A stretch of DNA of 63,544 bases, counting the filler, from Reticulomyxa filosa (Eukaryota > Protista > Foraminifera), in assembly GCA_000512085.1 (NCBI GenBank). It is 25 parts of 25 records of this genome, joined end to end, with 100 filler letters (N's around TTAATTAATTAA, not from the genome) between each part and the next. Parts side by side here need not be neighbours in the genome. Positions count along the whole stretch, not along the records: positions 24,480 to 25,647 come from ASPP01027518.1; positions 25,748 to 26,789 come from ASPP01046092.1; positions 26,890 to 31,827 come from ASPP01007770.1; positions 31,928 to 33,047 come from ASPP01019221.1; positions 33,148 to 35,147 come from ASPP01024519.1; positions 35,248 to 39,958 come from ASPP01022162.1; 19 more parts are not named here. One strand, given 5' to 3'. A program made the translations under genes and the position numbers. This document shows positions 24,480-37,429 of this stretch, in pieces; position 1 is the stretch's first letter, and the number at the start of each line of letters is the position of its first letter. The notes below the pieces were generated by a model that worked only from the letters and a program-made list of their open reading frames with translations, was not told where the DNA came from and did no database searches.

Positions 24480-25647
24480 GAATATCTTGATATGTAATGC
24501 ATTTATTAGGATCAATAACATCATTTGGGTATCTTTTACAAATTTGATTAAATGTATCATGAATAATACAAGCCTGAGAAAATGTTTCAAATATATCCAT
24601 CCAATCGTTTTTTGACATTTTTAATGAAGACATTCCATCAACTTTTTTTTCTTTAATAATCGTATTATATTGATTTATTTTTGATTTTTTACATTTCAAA
24701 GTATGTCCAATAAAAATGACAATTTCTTGTGAATTCCATTTATTCCATTTTTTTTCTAATTCATTCCATTCTTTTTCTATCCATTTTTGATTTTCTTCAA
24801 TTAATTTTTGTAATTTAGAATTTAATACATTAAAGCCTTTCAACACTTTGTTATCAAATATATGAATCTGATTCATTATTATTAATTGTTGTTCTTTTTT
24901 TTGTTTTTGAATTAATATATCTCTTTCGATGGAACAAAGATTATTATATTGTTCTATGCATTTTGTATATTTTAAAATTGCTTCATCCATTTGATTTTTC
25001 AATTTTATTTTTTCTAAATATTTTTCATAAATTTCTTGTTGAATTGATTTTTGTTTTTCAACTGTTTCTTCAAAATCTTTCAATACATTACTTATATCTG
25101 CCTATGTATTCAAACAAATAAATATATAAAAATACAAACAAAAAAAAAATAATAATAATATCAAACCTTGATAGATGATTGATAAGGAAGTAATGTTTTA
25201 ATGATGGATGTAATATCATCTATCCGAAGCAAATCTTTTTTTTTATTTTGCTGAAATTCACCATCAAAACTCCAAATATCATCCCAATTCATTCTATTTA
25301 ATTCTATCCTTTTTTCTTCATCCCAATCTTTTAATTTTTTTTCAAATATCTCTATTTGTGTTTTCATCTTTTTCCATTCTTCTGGAATTTCTATTTCATC
25401 TTTATTTTTTTTTCATCTTCAATTATTCTATCTTTTTCAATTGGAATTATGTATGGTCTTTCCAATTTTATTCTTTTTATTTCCTTTTTTAAATCATACA
25501 TTTTTATCATTTTCAATAATTCTGATTTTTCAAATAATTCCTCTATATTTGCAATCACGTGCATTTTTTGTTTTTCAAATTTTGCATTCAATCCACCAAT
25601 CACATGAACATTTGTATTATCATTACTCAAAATTGAAAAAGATGCAT
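24480..25647 (-). CDS. Coiled-coil + SAM-domain protein (multi-exon, partial, possibly degenerate)
   Basis: A K/E/Q-rich coil is followed by WNKWNSQEIVIFIG...IKEKKVDGMSSLKMSKNDW, which fits the SAM pattern W...V..W/F...I.G..LL.L. Confidence 0.6.
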
Positions 25648-27098
25648 NNNNNNNNNNNNNNNNNNNNNNNNNNNNNNNNNNNNNNNNNNNNTTAATTAAT
25701 TAANNNNNNNNNNNNNNNNNNNNNNNNNNNNNNNNNNNNNNNNNNNNAATGATATTGATAATCATCAAAATGGAAATTCGGCAAAGAGACGTCATCTGAA
25801 TGATGATACTTCTAATATATCAAAGTTGGAATTGTTGTTTCTGGTAATTATTTTGCAGAAGGAAGAGCCCTAACCACAAGGTGTTCAACACTAAAACGGA
25901 ATACATTTGCTGATTGTCATTTACAAATAGATGACTTAGAAGATTCGATAATCAAATGGGTTTATGAATCTCTCTCAAAGGAAGTATTATGTTTTCCAAA
26001 GACGAGAGGGATCGAGGGAGTGGAAAGATTCATATGTTACACAACGAAGAGGTCGGCACAGAGAGCCATCTTTGTACATCGGATAAACAAAGACATGTGT
26101 GTATACTTATCTCAATATCACAGATTGGAGCATTTTTTGGAAGTTTGGTCACAAAAGAGGATGAACCATTGTACGCGAGTCTTTAATTATTTTTTTATTT
26201 ATTCAATTGCAAGTATTTGATACTTGCCTCAAATTTTTTGATTTTTTTTTATAATTCCCTTTAGTTTCCTGACGCCTTTTATTAAATTATGTGTATCGTA
26301 AAAAATTTTGAACTTTAATTTTAAATCTAAAAGAAAGTAGAAAATATGCAAATAGATTCGATTTGATTCTCACTTTTGTCTTTGAAACTGGAATCGATTG
26401 CAGGTGATAATATGCAATAGACCGATGATGCTTGATATATTTCACCACATCGATTTCAAAATTTTCAAATGTATTGAAAGTCGATTTCTTTTCTTCTTGG
26501 TGCCACGTGATATTTTTTTGTTTTCGGGACGTTTGTGATCAGAATCAGCACTTGTTCCATCATTCGGAAGTCGTCGTGTTGTTTCTTGATTTTTTACAAA
26601 CCTTTCTTTTGTTTTGCCCCTTCTTGCAATACATGATCGATGTTAACAGTCGTTAGTGAGAAGCGAGCTTGGTTGCCTCAAACTGTAACAAATTTTGTGG
26701 CGTATTGCAATGGTGTGAACACTGCGAGGAAACAGAGAAAGAGAGACATTCATATTGTTCTGGTGGCAAGCTCGACAGCTGTGCCACTTNNNNNNNNNNN
26801 NNNNNNNNNNNNNNNNNNNNNNNNNNNNNNNNNTTAATTAATTAANNNNNNNNNNNNNNNNNNNNNNNNNNNNNNNNNNNNNNNNNNNNCAGTTAACAAA
26901 TCTGATATCGATGATGGATTGGAGTTTATAAGTTTGTTTTTTTAAAGAATTTAGTGTCTGACATCATTTTTGTTGAAGCGCTTTTATTGATTTTTTTGTG
27001 TAATTGTTCATTACATGTGTAATTCTATTCTTTTTGATCACTTTTTGGGATGAATTAATTACAACAATACTAAAAACAACAAAAAACAAGAAGGCAAA

Positions 27099-28679
27099 TC
27101 ACTCATTCGGAGACTTCTCTCTATTTGAAAGCTCCTTGAATTTATTAGTTTTTGCTAACAAAGGAAAATGGCCAGAATGGACATCAAATAGCTCTTTCAA
27201 CGTTTCCTCAAAATATTTTGCAGCTCGTGGATGTTCTTTTTTTGTTTTAATAAGCTGTTTCCACAAATTGAAATCCTCTGCGTCTTTAATATCACGCAAG
27301 AATTGCTCTTCATCAAACTATCACATTAACACAAAATTAGTGATGAAAAATTTTTTGTTGCCTTTGAACATTCAAAATGAGTCCTAAGAAATGCAATTAT
27401 ATATATATATGTACATATAGGTGGTCATTACAATAAAAGAGAAACTGATTTGTGTAAAAGACTATAAATAATACAACACGCAGCCTTAGGCATAGTCTCC
27501 AAGTCATATCCACCTTCCAGTAAACAAACAATGCCTGGGACTTGTCCATGTTTCCATGCAATATTGTTGTACAAATAATGCACAAAGCGTCCATACATTG
27601 GAGGGGTAACGTTCATTCCACCGAGTGGATCGCCTATGCATGCATCAAATCCACTTGAAATTAATATCATGTCAGGAGCAAAAGACTCCACGATGGGGCA
27701 GATCACATTTTCGAAACATTGTATGTATTCCTTATCTCCCATCTCCCTCAACAACGGAATGTTCACCACATTGTTATGACCTCCAACATCCGTTGCAAAC
27801 CCAGTGCAAGGATAGAATGATCCATTATCGCCACGATGAATGGACAAATACAACACGTCTTTGTCATCCCAACAAAGATTTTGTGTTCCATTGCCATGAT
27901 GGACATCCCTTTCGACAAAACAAAAATATTATTAATCTTTTTATATAACTTTACACTTCTTTCTTCCTTCCTCTCTTTTCACTTTTTTTTTTTTTTGCAG
28001 TTACAGACCAGTCGATAATAGCAAATCTTTGATACGTGCCCATATCTTTGTACCTCTTTTTAATAACATGCATGGCAACTACTATATTATTGAATAGACA
28101 AAATCCCATTGGTCTGTCGCGCTCACAATGATGTCCCGGAGGTCTTACCACTGCAAAACCGCTGTCCAGCTCATTTTTTATTACTCGCTCCATAATTTCG
28201 ATAATAGCTCCGACTGCCAGTTGAGCTAATTTGTGGATATGTATTTATATTATTCATGTCTTCTTTTGTATATACTTGTTTTGGAAAGAGAAAAAAACAG
28301 ATTACGTATAAATTTTTTCAGATTGTGCTTTCGAACCGGCTCGTTGTGAATGTTTACAATAATATGTGTCGCCATCAAAAAGTTGACTTTCGTCATCTGC
28401 ACTATTCTTCATATCTTCTGAGATAGCCAATATTTTGGAAACATGCGAGCTGTTGTGTGTCAATAATAATTCCTCTTTTGTTACAATTGGAATATTCTCA
28501 TCAGTTATTACCATGCATTTGTTGTACATTCCTTGTTTCTCCAAGTACTCCAAAATCTTGCTAACTCGTTCTGGATTTTCAGGATGTTTTTCTGAGCTAA
28601 CATGCAGAAGACAATCTTGATGAAATGCAAGTCCAATCCTGCTTTTTTGTGGTGTTGTACGCCTCCAACAGTTGCCCAT
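27099..28679 (-). CDS. Class II (HDAC6/Hda1-like) Zn-dependent deacetylase, multi-exon
   Basis: HPENPERV, RPPGHH, GFCLFNN, IIDW|DVHHGNGTQ, SIHR, VNIPL, SGFDA and LEGGY are all intact across GT-AG introns. The 3' end is approximate. Confidence 0.95.
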
Positions 28680-28924
28680 GTTCACGGAAGAAAAGGAAGT
28701 AAGGTTTGTTGAAATCAAATTGAAAAAGATATTTAAAACAAAAAGATACTGTCAATAACAATTTTAAATCGCTGGAAAAAGGAATTATAATTAATCAAAT
28801 TATGCTATCTTGCACATAACCTGGCCTGGTTTAGCTTGCAACGCGTGCAAAACTTTTTTTTTGTATTTCAGTTTGCCCTGTTTATTACTTTTTGATCCTG
28901 TTAACTCTCCGTGAAAACAATCAC

Positions 28925-29398
28925 ATGGCACAAGCGCCAGAGAATAAAGCACCAAACTTTACGGGAAAATGGGTTTTGGAAACCACCGAGAATCTGGACA
29001 AATTTTTGTCAGACAGCGAAGGATGGGGCTGGGCGATGCGTAAATTAGCTGCGACTGCATGGGCTCATCAAAATATTTTGCATGATGATGAAAAAAACAC
29101 TATTAAGGTCAAGATGACGAATCCAAAGTCAACAGTTGTGTATAATGCGACCATTGGTGGGGAAGAATTTGAGTTTGTTGACTTGTCCGGCACCGACATC
29201 CGCGCGCAGTTGTCGTGGAGCGATGACAAGACGATTTTGAGAATGAAAGCCTTGAAGTTTAAGCTAGACAAGGACAACTTGCGACTTTCGGAGCGATGGC
29301 TTGAGGGTGGCAAAATGAAAATCAAGTTATCAAATGAAGAAAAGAAATTGTCAATGACCCAGATATTCAAAAAAGATTCTGATAAACCAGAATTTTAA
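28925..29398 (+). CDS. Fatty-acid-binding protein (iLBP/FABP, calycin fold)-like protein
   Basis: 157-aa intronless ORF starting NFTGKWVLETTENLDKFL..EGWGWAMRKLA, the FABP GxW strand plus helix-turn-helix signature, with GEEFEF and a C-terminal TQIFKK. Confidence 0.82.
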   Translation: MAQAPENKAPNFTGKWVLETTENLDKFLSDSEGWGWAMRKLAATAWAHQNILHDDEKNTIKVKMTNPKSTVVYNATIGGEEFEFVDLSGTDIRAQLSWSDDKTILRMKALKFKLDKDNLRLSERWLEGGKMKIKLSNEEKKLSMTQIFKKDSDKPEF

Positions 29399-30226
29399 CC
29401 GTTTTTGCGTATATAGGATTTTTTTGTTTAGCGATAATTAGGAGAGCTCAAACAAGTTTTTTTCATTAAAGAGCAACAGTAAATTTTTATCAGCTTCTGA
29501 TCAACAAGAAAGGACAATTTGGCTCACAAATTTTTTAAAGCACAGCAATATCCAAGTTAATTGCAATGACACATTCGCTAATTCTCACAACATTCCTAAA
29601 ACAAAATAAAAAGCAAAAAAAAAATGACAAGTTGGGGAGGAAAGTGAGAAAGGCCATTCATTTCAAATTTTTGTTAAACTTGGTATGTTGTACATTATTT
29701 TGCCACTTCTAAATTTAAAAAAAAAAAAAAGTAAGACAAAACACAACAAAAATGCAAGAAAGTCAAAAAAAAAAACATTTTGGATTAGGACAAAAAAAAA
29801 AGAGGTTTGCGTTTAGCCTCATTTTTTTTCTGACGTTGTATGGAGAAGCCACATAATCTTTGGCGAGTTAAGCCAGAATTTTGCAAGTGGGATACTTGTG
29901 CGTTGTTGGAATCGGCATCATCGTTTTGGATGATGAAATTTCGATCGTGCTTTTGGATTAACAATCCATTTACATCAATAATAATCGTTGTTGTGGTTGC
30001 TCTCATTTTGGAACGTCTCTTGTTGATGCTTGCTACTTCTTCCTCTTGCATGATACGATGACATTTTATGGTTGCTCTTTTCTTGCTTTTGGAAATACGC
30101 TATGGTATTTTTTTCAAAGCGTATATACATATGTATACATATGCATATATAACAATTTATGCCAAAAAAAAAAACGACAGCTTCGAGAATGAACTGTAAC
30201 AATTTCATTTTTTAAAAAAAATGTCA

Positions 30227-31795
30227 TCAATTGCTGTCCACAGTCACTCTCAACTCTACAAAGCCCCACAAACATTGATTGGTCACAGCAGTGGTAGTGG
30301 CAGTAATGACGGTGTCGTGATAGAAAGGACTAGGAATGCGCGCAGCAGAGAGGAGTTCGGGGTTGGCAGTGTGTAAGTGATCAGACGAATAGGAGGAAAG
30401 CGAGTCCGATTCGGGATCGGATTCGTGCATACGTACAGACATATAACCGGCGTTGGTGACAGGTTCGTGCTGTCTCTTTTGCTGATGGGCACGATGACGA
30501 TGATGATGATGAAAGACAAAATGGAGATCAAAGTCGTCTCTGGTCTGTACTTTGTCGTCGTGTTCCTTATGACCACGAGAAGCAAAGTGGTCATTTGCCT
30601 TTGGCGAAGACACCGGCACTGCCGTGGGTTTCTTGTCAAAGCACTGTCCCCTGCTAATAACCGGCGCGGCGCCGCTGCAAATGGGTATGGAGATAGAGAT
30701 AGAAGAGCTTCCATCATTTGCAATAGTAGTAGTAGTGGTAGAAGTGCAAGCCGTAGGAGCCTGTGAAAACGGAGCGTTTTGAAATGCAACAGTATTGATA
30801 TTGGACGACGAGGAGAATGATAGATCGGATGGCAGCGAAAACGAGGCCACCTCTTTGACCTGGCGACTATCGGCCATGAGTTGAAACAAGCCAAAGAAGT
30901 TGAGCAGCAACCCACACAACAGACATAGCCATTGTGTCACAGTGGCGTGGTTAAACTCCTCAAAGTAAATCCCTCCGCTGATCGTGCCACATGTGATCCA
31001 CATCACTTGATGCATGGGGACGACAAACATTGGATCATACAATGATAAGGCTTCCGATTGGCGATGCATCCAATATGCCTTTCCGCATTTGTTGTTGTAA
31101 TTAAATTAAAAAAAAAAATAAAACACATAGACAAGAATATGCATATTATCTATACATATCCATACATATATCACATAGACAAAGTTGCTTGGTTTGATAG
31201 AAATGCGAAACATAAGTAATGAGCCAAGCAAATGCGCAAATGACAACAAACAAGAATTGCGACAAGGAAAAAGACTGGACCCATACAATTTGCTTGGTGA
31301 TGGATTTGAGAATGACAATCGCTAAGATTTTACCCAAAACGACCGATTGGGTTCCCGGCATTGCGCTGCACAAACAATACAGCGTACCATTCCACCATTT
31401 TTTAATGTTGTTTTGGCCTTCCTTCTTTTGTGGTCCCCCAAACAAGCATTCGATGTATTGCCACAGCTAACCTCGTCAAAACAGATGGTAACGCAACACA
31501 CACAAACAAACAGATTTATATTATGAAATATACGGCGGTAATCAATAGTAATCGAGTGACCAATAAATAAAACAAAATAAAAACAAAACAATTGAAAAGC
31601 AAAAAATCACAATGACGGCAATTAAATAGTATCGATACATCGTGCGATTAAAATTTTCAAACAATGAGACAATAGTAAAGCGTCGATAATCATCACTCGG
31701 AGAAAAACCAAAGATCAAGATCGAACATCCGGTTACCACCGATATCATTCCAATCACGTGCTTCCAATTTATTCTCGTTTTGTAAAATACCGCAC
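30227..31795 (-). CDS. NIPA-family magnesium transporter-like protein (multi-exon, 5'-truncated)
   Basis: IGMISVVTGCSILIFGFSP, SAMPGTQSVVLGK and ALSLYDPMFVVPMHQVMWITCGTISGGIYFEEF match NIPA TM motifs; long low-complexity C-terminal tail. Confidence 0.85.
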
Positions 31796-33499
31796 TGCAT
31801 AATAAACTTTTGTTTTTTTTTTTTGGGNNNNNNNNNNNNNNNNNNNNNNNNNNNNNNNNNNNNNNNNNNNNTTAATTAATTAANNNNNNNNNNNNNNNNN
31901 NNNNNNNNNNNNNNNNNNNNNNNNNNNCAGACTTAACAGTCCTTTGTTCATTAAAAGGACTTCCTTTTAGATGCGGTGATAGTACCGATTTTTATAAGTT
32001 GATTTATTAAACTACACTAAAACTATATCTTAAAAAAGCAAAATTAAAAAAAATTGCAAATATCGTTTGGTCATTAATTTTTGCTCTTGATAAAGTTGTT
32101 TTTGTGAATTGAAAGGATAAATCAGACAACTTTGATCACATCATGTTTTGCCACGCAACATAAAAAAAAGTTAATCAAGACTTGTCAATGCTGTTTTCAC
32201 ATTCTTTCCCAACGATATTTGATTATGCATGTTCAACAAAGCAATTTCATCACCTGCTTTAGCATGATCGGTTTTCGAAAGAATTACTTCAAACGGTTGT
32301 AATTTTTTACGATCAGAAGGTTTGACAACAGTAATCAGTAGTTGGATTGGAGTTTTGATGACACATGTGAATTGGACTTGTTTCTTGGCTGGTATGTTTT
32401 TGGTTGCTTTCTTTCCTGTCTCTTTGATGGGCTGTGGTTCAATCTTTTTTTTTGGGTTGATTTCATTAAATATTATTCTTCATTTTACGAAAATATCGAA
32501 ACTGATGTCTGATTTGTTTTACTTATTTCAACAAGGAATCTTTTATACTTCTTTTAGAAAATCACAAATAGACGTCCGTTATACTTATAGCTTTGGAACG
32601 CCAAATCCTTTTGGTTATGGGAGCATCAGAAAATTATTTTAAATTAAAAATTGAAGCCCAAAAGGAACAGAAAAAATAATATCATTAATACAGTATAACA
32701 TTTTTCACGTTAATATCCTTTTCATGAAAATTATAAATTAAGCAAAAAATCGATATTTTTAAAAAATTTATTGTGAATTGATCAAATAGTTATTCTGTCA
32801 AATAACAAATTACAAAATATCAAAAAATTTGATCATAACATAACACTTGCAAAACATGATAAAAGGCTAAAGTTTCGCAAGATCCTATTATTAAAAAAAA
32901 GTGTTCAAGTCAGTAACACATTTTTTTGCGATCCAAAAATGAAAATTTCCAATTCGTTGCACTTTCCGTTGTTCGGATTTGCGATCTATTTAAAAACAAA
33001 AACTTTAACAAGAAAAAAAATAATGTCAAAAAAGAAAAAAAAAAGGTNNNNNNNNNNNNNNNNNNNNNNNNNNNNNNNNNNNNNNNNNNNNTTAATTAAT
33101 TAANNNNNNNNNNNNNNNNNNNNNNNNNNNNNNNNNNNNNNNNNNNNGTGGAAAAAGCGTATAAATGATAGTGATATTGAAATGAAAGGAGTAAATATTA
33201 AATGACTCAAGACTACTCTTTTTTTTTGTTATTGTTTTAACATAAACACGAATATTTCGTAAGCTTAGCTTTTGTTGTGTGCGAACAAAATAACTATTCC
33301 TGCTTATTACCTACACGGCAAAAAGTTTTATTAATTTTTTTACAATGTGACCAGTTAAATTTTTCATTCGATTATTATAATTTTTTTGTTTTATTAACAA
33401 AAAAAAATATCAATGTAAAACGCTTTTTTTGTTGGTTTTTTATTTTCTCAAAGAGGCCGTCACATTCACCTTTTTTTAACAAAAAATAAAAACTTTAAC

Positions 33500-33950
33500 A
33501 TGGGTAACCGAAATACAACACAAAACTGTCCTAAAAGAGAAACTGAACAGACTAAACAAAGTCAGCGTCTTATTACCCTCTTTCAAACTTTGCCCATTCC
33601 ACTTTACTAATCTCAATATGTGCTACATAAAAACGAAATAATCATTTGTGGATGAATACAAGTTTATCCAAGCCATGTCAAATTAGAAGACATTGTGTAG
33701 TGAAACTGGTAGATAACAACAATAAACACAACAATCAAATCACTTTGGTGATGAAATATGTAAGTGTTTGGAGTAATATATCAAACAGATCAAATGAATT
33801 TAACAATCACAGTCAATGGGTTTCTTTCACATATAATTGCAATTATCCAATTATATTGGAAGAGATTTGGAGTGTGTGCATTTATTGGTGGAAGCAATAA
33901 TCATTTGTTATTTATCACTTATTATTATAAAAATATTATTGCATTTCAAC
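33500..33950 (+). pseudogene. Pseudogene of the Kelch-like family seen at 15410
   Basis: Fragments LPIPLY*SQYVLHKNEIIICG, HCVVKLVD, TLVMKYVSVW and FIGGSNNHLLFITY align to the 15410 protein but carry stops, deletions and frameshifts. Confidence 0.85.
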
Positions 33951-34213
33951 TTATTTGGATTGTTATGACTCAATTGCAAATAACAAAAGTTTTTGATTTT
34001 ATTTGATTGATAAGATATCAAATAGTTTATAAACATGTAATTTCTTATGTTTTAAATCCTTCACTTTTTAAAAAAAGAAAAGTAAAATGAAAATATGGTG
34101 AATCAACAAGCAAATAAACATTCGGCAACGTCGGTGGTGTTGACAACGTAACAGCGGCTCACGATAGCTACTGGAGCCACAAATGCGATCAAGATTGGAT
34201 TGGACTAAAATCC

Positions 34214-35100
34214 TCACACGAATAAATGGGGAGGAGACGCTTGTATCATGTCGGGCTGCACGATGCCAAGATTTCTCATTGCAAAGCTACTATTAATCGT
34301 TTGAAAAAGTTTCAAAATGCTAAAATCAAAAAGCTCATCCGTCTTTGCAGCAAATGTGGCCACATATTCGTCAATTGATGTAAGGATATATTTATATGGC
34401 CATCTAGATGAGCAAGTATTTTTGACTTTATTGTTTTTCACGCACACAAACGCTTTGATATATACGTATGTACCCATATACATATATATATATATAAATG
34501 TACATATGCATATGGTATATGTATAAAATAAGGTTTGCATTATCTTGAAAGAGCTATTGCAAAAGATGCGATTGATTGCCTTTAAATTGCGCAATTCATT
34601 GTTAAATATCTTGGACGAGGGCCATTGTGAACGAAAAGTAAGAATTGTAGTAGGAAAAAGTAAGTCCAATGAACAGTGAAAGATCGGCAAAGTATTCGGT
34701 CAAGGGCTCAACACATTCGACAAAGCACTGGAACGAATGTTGTTAAAACGAGGAAATAGTCTTGAATGTATTAACTTTCTTTTGATGTATCACGACTCAC
34801 TTTGGAGTTGCTTTGCAGTTGCAATGGTGTGCACCTTATTACTATTATTGTAATAGTGCTGTTGAACTGGACTTTTCGACGAACCACTGGAGTTAGGTGG
34901 ATCGTTGCTATTGGATTCGCACCTGTTCACTCCATTATTTTTTGTCGAAGAAATCAATTAGAAAGACACACATCAACACAAGAGCGACACAATCTGGTTC
35001 ATTGTGGCAAGCTTTCATCAAGAAGATGAACAAGATCCATAAGTCAATGATTTGATCGCAAACGCAAATGCAAATCTTTAGAACAATAGTATGTCACCGC
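34214..35100 (-). pseudogene. Degenerate multi-exon coding region, unknown family
   Basis: Coding-like segments flank a TA-rich intron (about 34420-34530), with stops in the flanking frames. Confidence 0.25.
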
Positions 35101-36059
35101 GTCCATTGTCCATTTCCGTCATAACCAAATTACAATGTTTTTATCTTNNNNNNNNNNNNNNNNNNNNNNNNNNNNNNNNNNNNNNNNNNNNTTAATTAAT
35201 TAANNNNNNNNNNNNNNNNNNNNNNNNNNNNNNNNNNNNNNNNNNNNTTTTTTTCCTTTTATTTATTCGTTATTTTTTTTTTTAATTTGTTGAATTGGGC
35301 GATTTGTCATAAAGATTATTGTATATGTTAATGTCCCCATCAACTGTCATTCAATCGTTTTTATCGCATTTGGCGTTCGCCAGTTACTTTACAAACACAT
35401 ATAGAATCGAGGGATCTGTTTCAACCTAGCCTTCATGAGTGACTTAAGCTATGTCATCTGAACTTTTGAAACATCCTCCATTCATTGTTTTTTTAAAAAA
35501 CAAGTTTGGCTGATAAAGATATGATCACGATATGTCGTTTAATTATGAAGAGGCTTTTTTTTTTGTAAAATAGAAAGGAAAAAAATTATGAAATGTTCAA
35601 TCAGCATTCGTTTCGAGTTGATGACTTTGCAAGAAAAGTAAGCATGAATTGAAATTCAAGCCTACTTGACAAGAGCAGCGTTTAAATTGGAAGAAATTGA
35701 ACTTTTGTCATTTTGCAGATGAAAAAGAAAAATATTTCTTTTAGACTTTGCGATTATTATTTGTTAGACCAGCTGAATTTACTTTACTTTTTTTGAATTG
35801 GAATGTCGTATTTTGTTGGTTGCGTCATTTAATTTTTGTAATATTTTTTTATTGACAAAAGTTTCAAGTTATATTATTCCAACTAGAATTGATTGATTGT
35901 TGGTTCAAACCCTTTGGCTGTAACAATATTTGTATTAGGAAAAGTTTGAATGATCATTTGATTAAAAATATGAAACAACATTTTGATTTGGTAACTGGCT
36001 TATAAAGTTTAGTTTGTTTTTTAAAATATAACATTTGTAACATTACAATAAAGAAATAA

Positions 36060-36770
36060 GGATGACGTAAGACAATTTGAAGCTAACATTTGTCAATTAA
36101 AAGAAGAAAATGCTGATTTGAAAATTGAAAATCGTATTTTGAAAAATGAAATTTGTAATATGATTGAAATTAATAAAGAGATTCAAGTGAATTATATGAT
36201 GGCTATCTAAAAATGAATTAAATGACACTAAGGATGACATTATGTCTAAAGAAGAAAAAGAACTGGACAAGAAAGAAACTTATCAATTTGCTACTATATC
36301 GTTACCTTTCGCTTTTAATTTATTTCGTTCATCACTCAAACTAATCAAAACATTCTGTGGACACACTGGTCGTGTATACGTATTGATTATCCAACATTTG
36401 ATGGTGATCAATTCATTTGTTCTTGATCACAAGATAAAATGCTTCGTATATGGGACGTAGAGACCAACAACAAGTTCAATTATTCAGATAATGTCATTTG
36501 TTCTTCAACTGATAAAATCATTGGTTTTGATATATCAAAAATAATCGACAATTACAAATATTCAATGGACATACTGAGCTATTGGTGGTATTGAATTCTC
36601 GCCATTTAATGGTGGTCGATATTTGTGTTCTAGATTAAATGACAAAATCATTCGTTATTGGATGTCGAAACATCCAAGCCTTTACATATTTTTACTGAAC
36701 ATTCAAGAAGTGTTTGGTCTGTGAATTTTCACCTTTGCAAAGCAATAACAACGATAACAATAAAAGATAA
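36060..36770 (+). pseudogene. WD40-repeat pseudogene with upstream coiled coil
   Basis: KLIKTFCGHTGRVY, LRIWDVET, LQIFNGHT, GIEFSPFNGGRYLCS and DVETSKPLHIFTEH fall in shifting frames with stops. Confidence 0.85.
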
Positions 36771-37429
36771 CATCATGTTTTGAAAACTATGGAACATATT
36801 CCAAACTTTATCGCAATGTGATAACCCAAATACTATAACGAATAATAATAATGAAATACTTTTACATCAACAAACTACGATTTAAGACTAGACTCGATCA
36901 ACAACAGTATCAGTATGTTATTAAATATTTGTAATTACCTTAACAGTTTTACAGAATATATTTTGATGACAATACGTGAACCACAATGATATTTTTTATA
37001 TGATTAGATAAAATTTAATTTTGTTTTGTTTGTTTTGGAATAGATGACGCCAAAATGTTTTACGTGATTTAAAAATAATTTTACTTTGTCTTTTATGAAC
37101 AAGATACTATTCGGTATGATATTGATGATTGCCTTGGAGAAAATCTTGGATCAACCAAAAAGACTCCGTATGCCAATTAAGAGTGCGGGTGGACTATTGA
37201 ACAAGAAATAATTACTCCTGGTATTCCTATTCATTTTTATTCAACGAATACTGGTAAAATATTTTTGTCGCACACTGGTGCATTGATAACCCTTCTTTGT
37301 ATCCAAATAATGCTAAAGTTGAAGGCGCAACTTTCATTGATGCAAATGACCAATAATATTTTGAAAAACAGCAATGCTACAAAATTATATTTCATAAAAT
37401 TTATTATTCGTAGAAGACCAGATAGTAAG

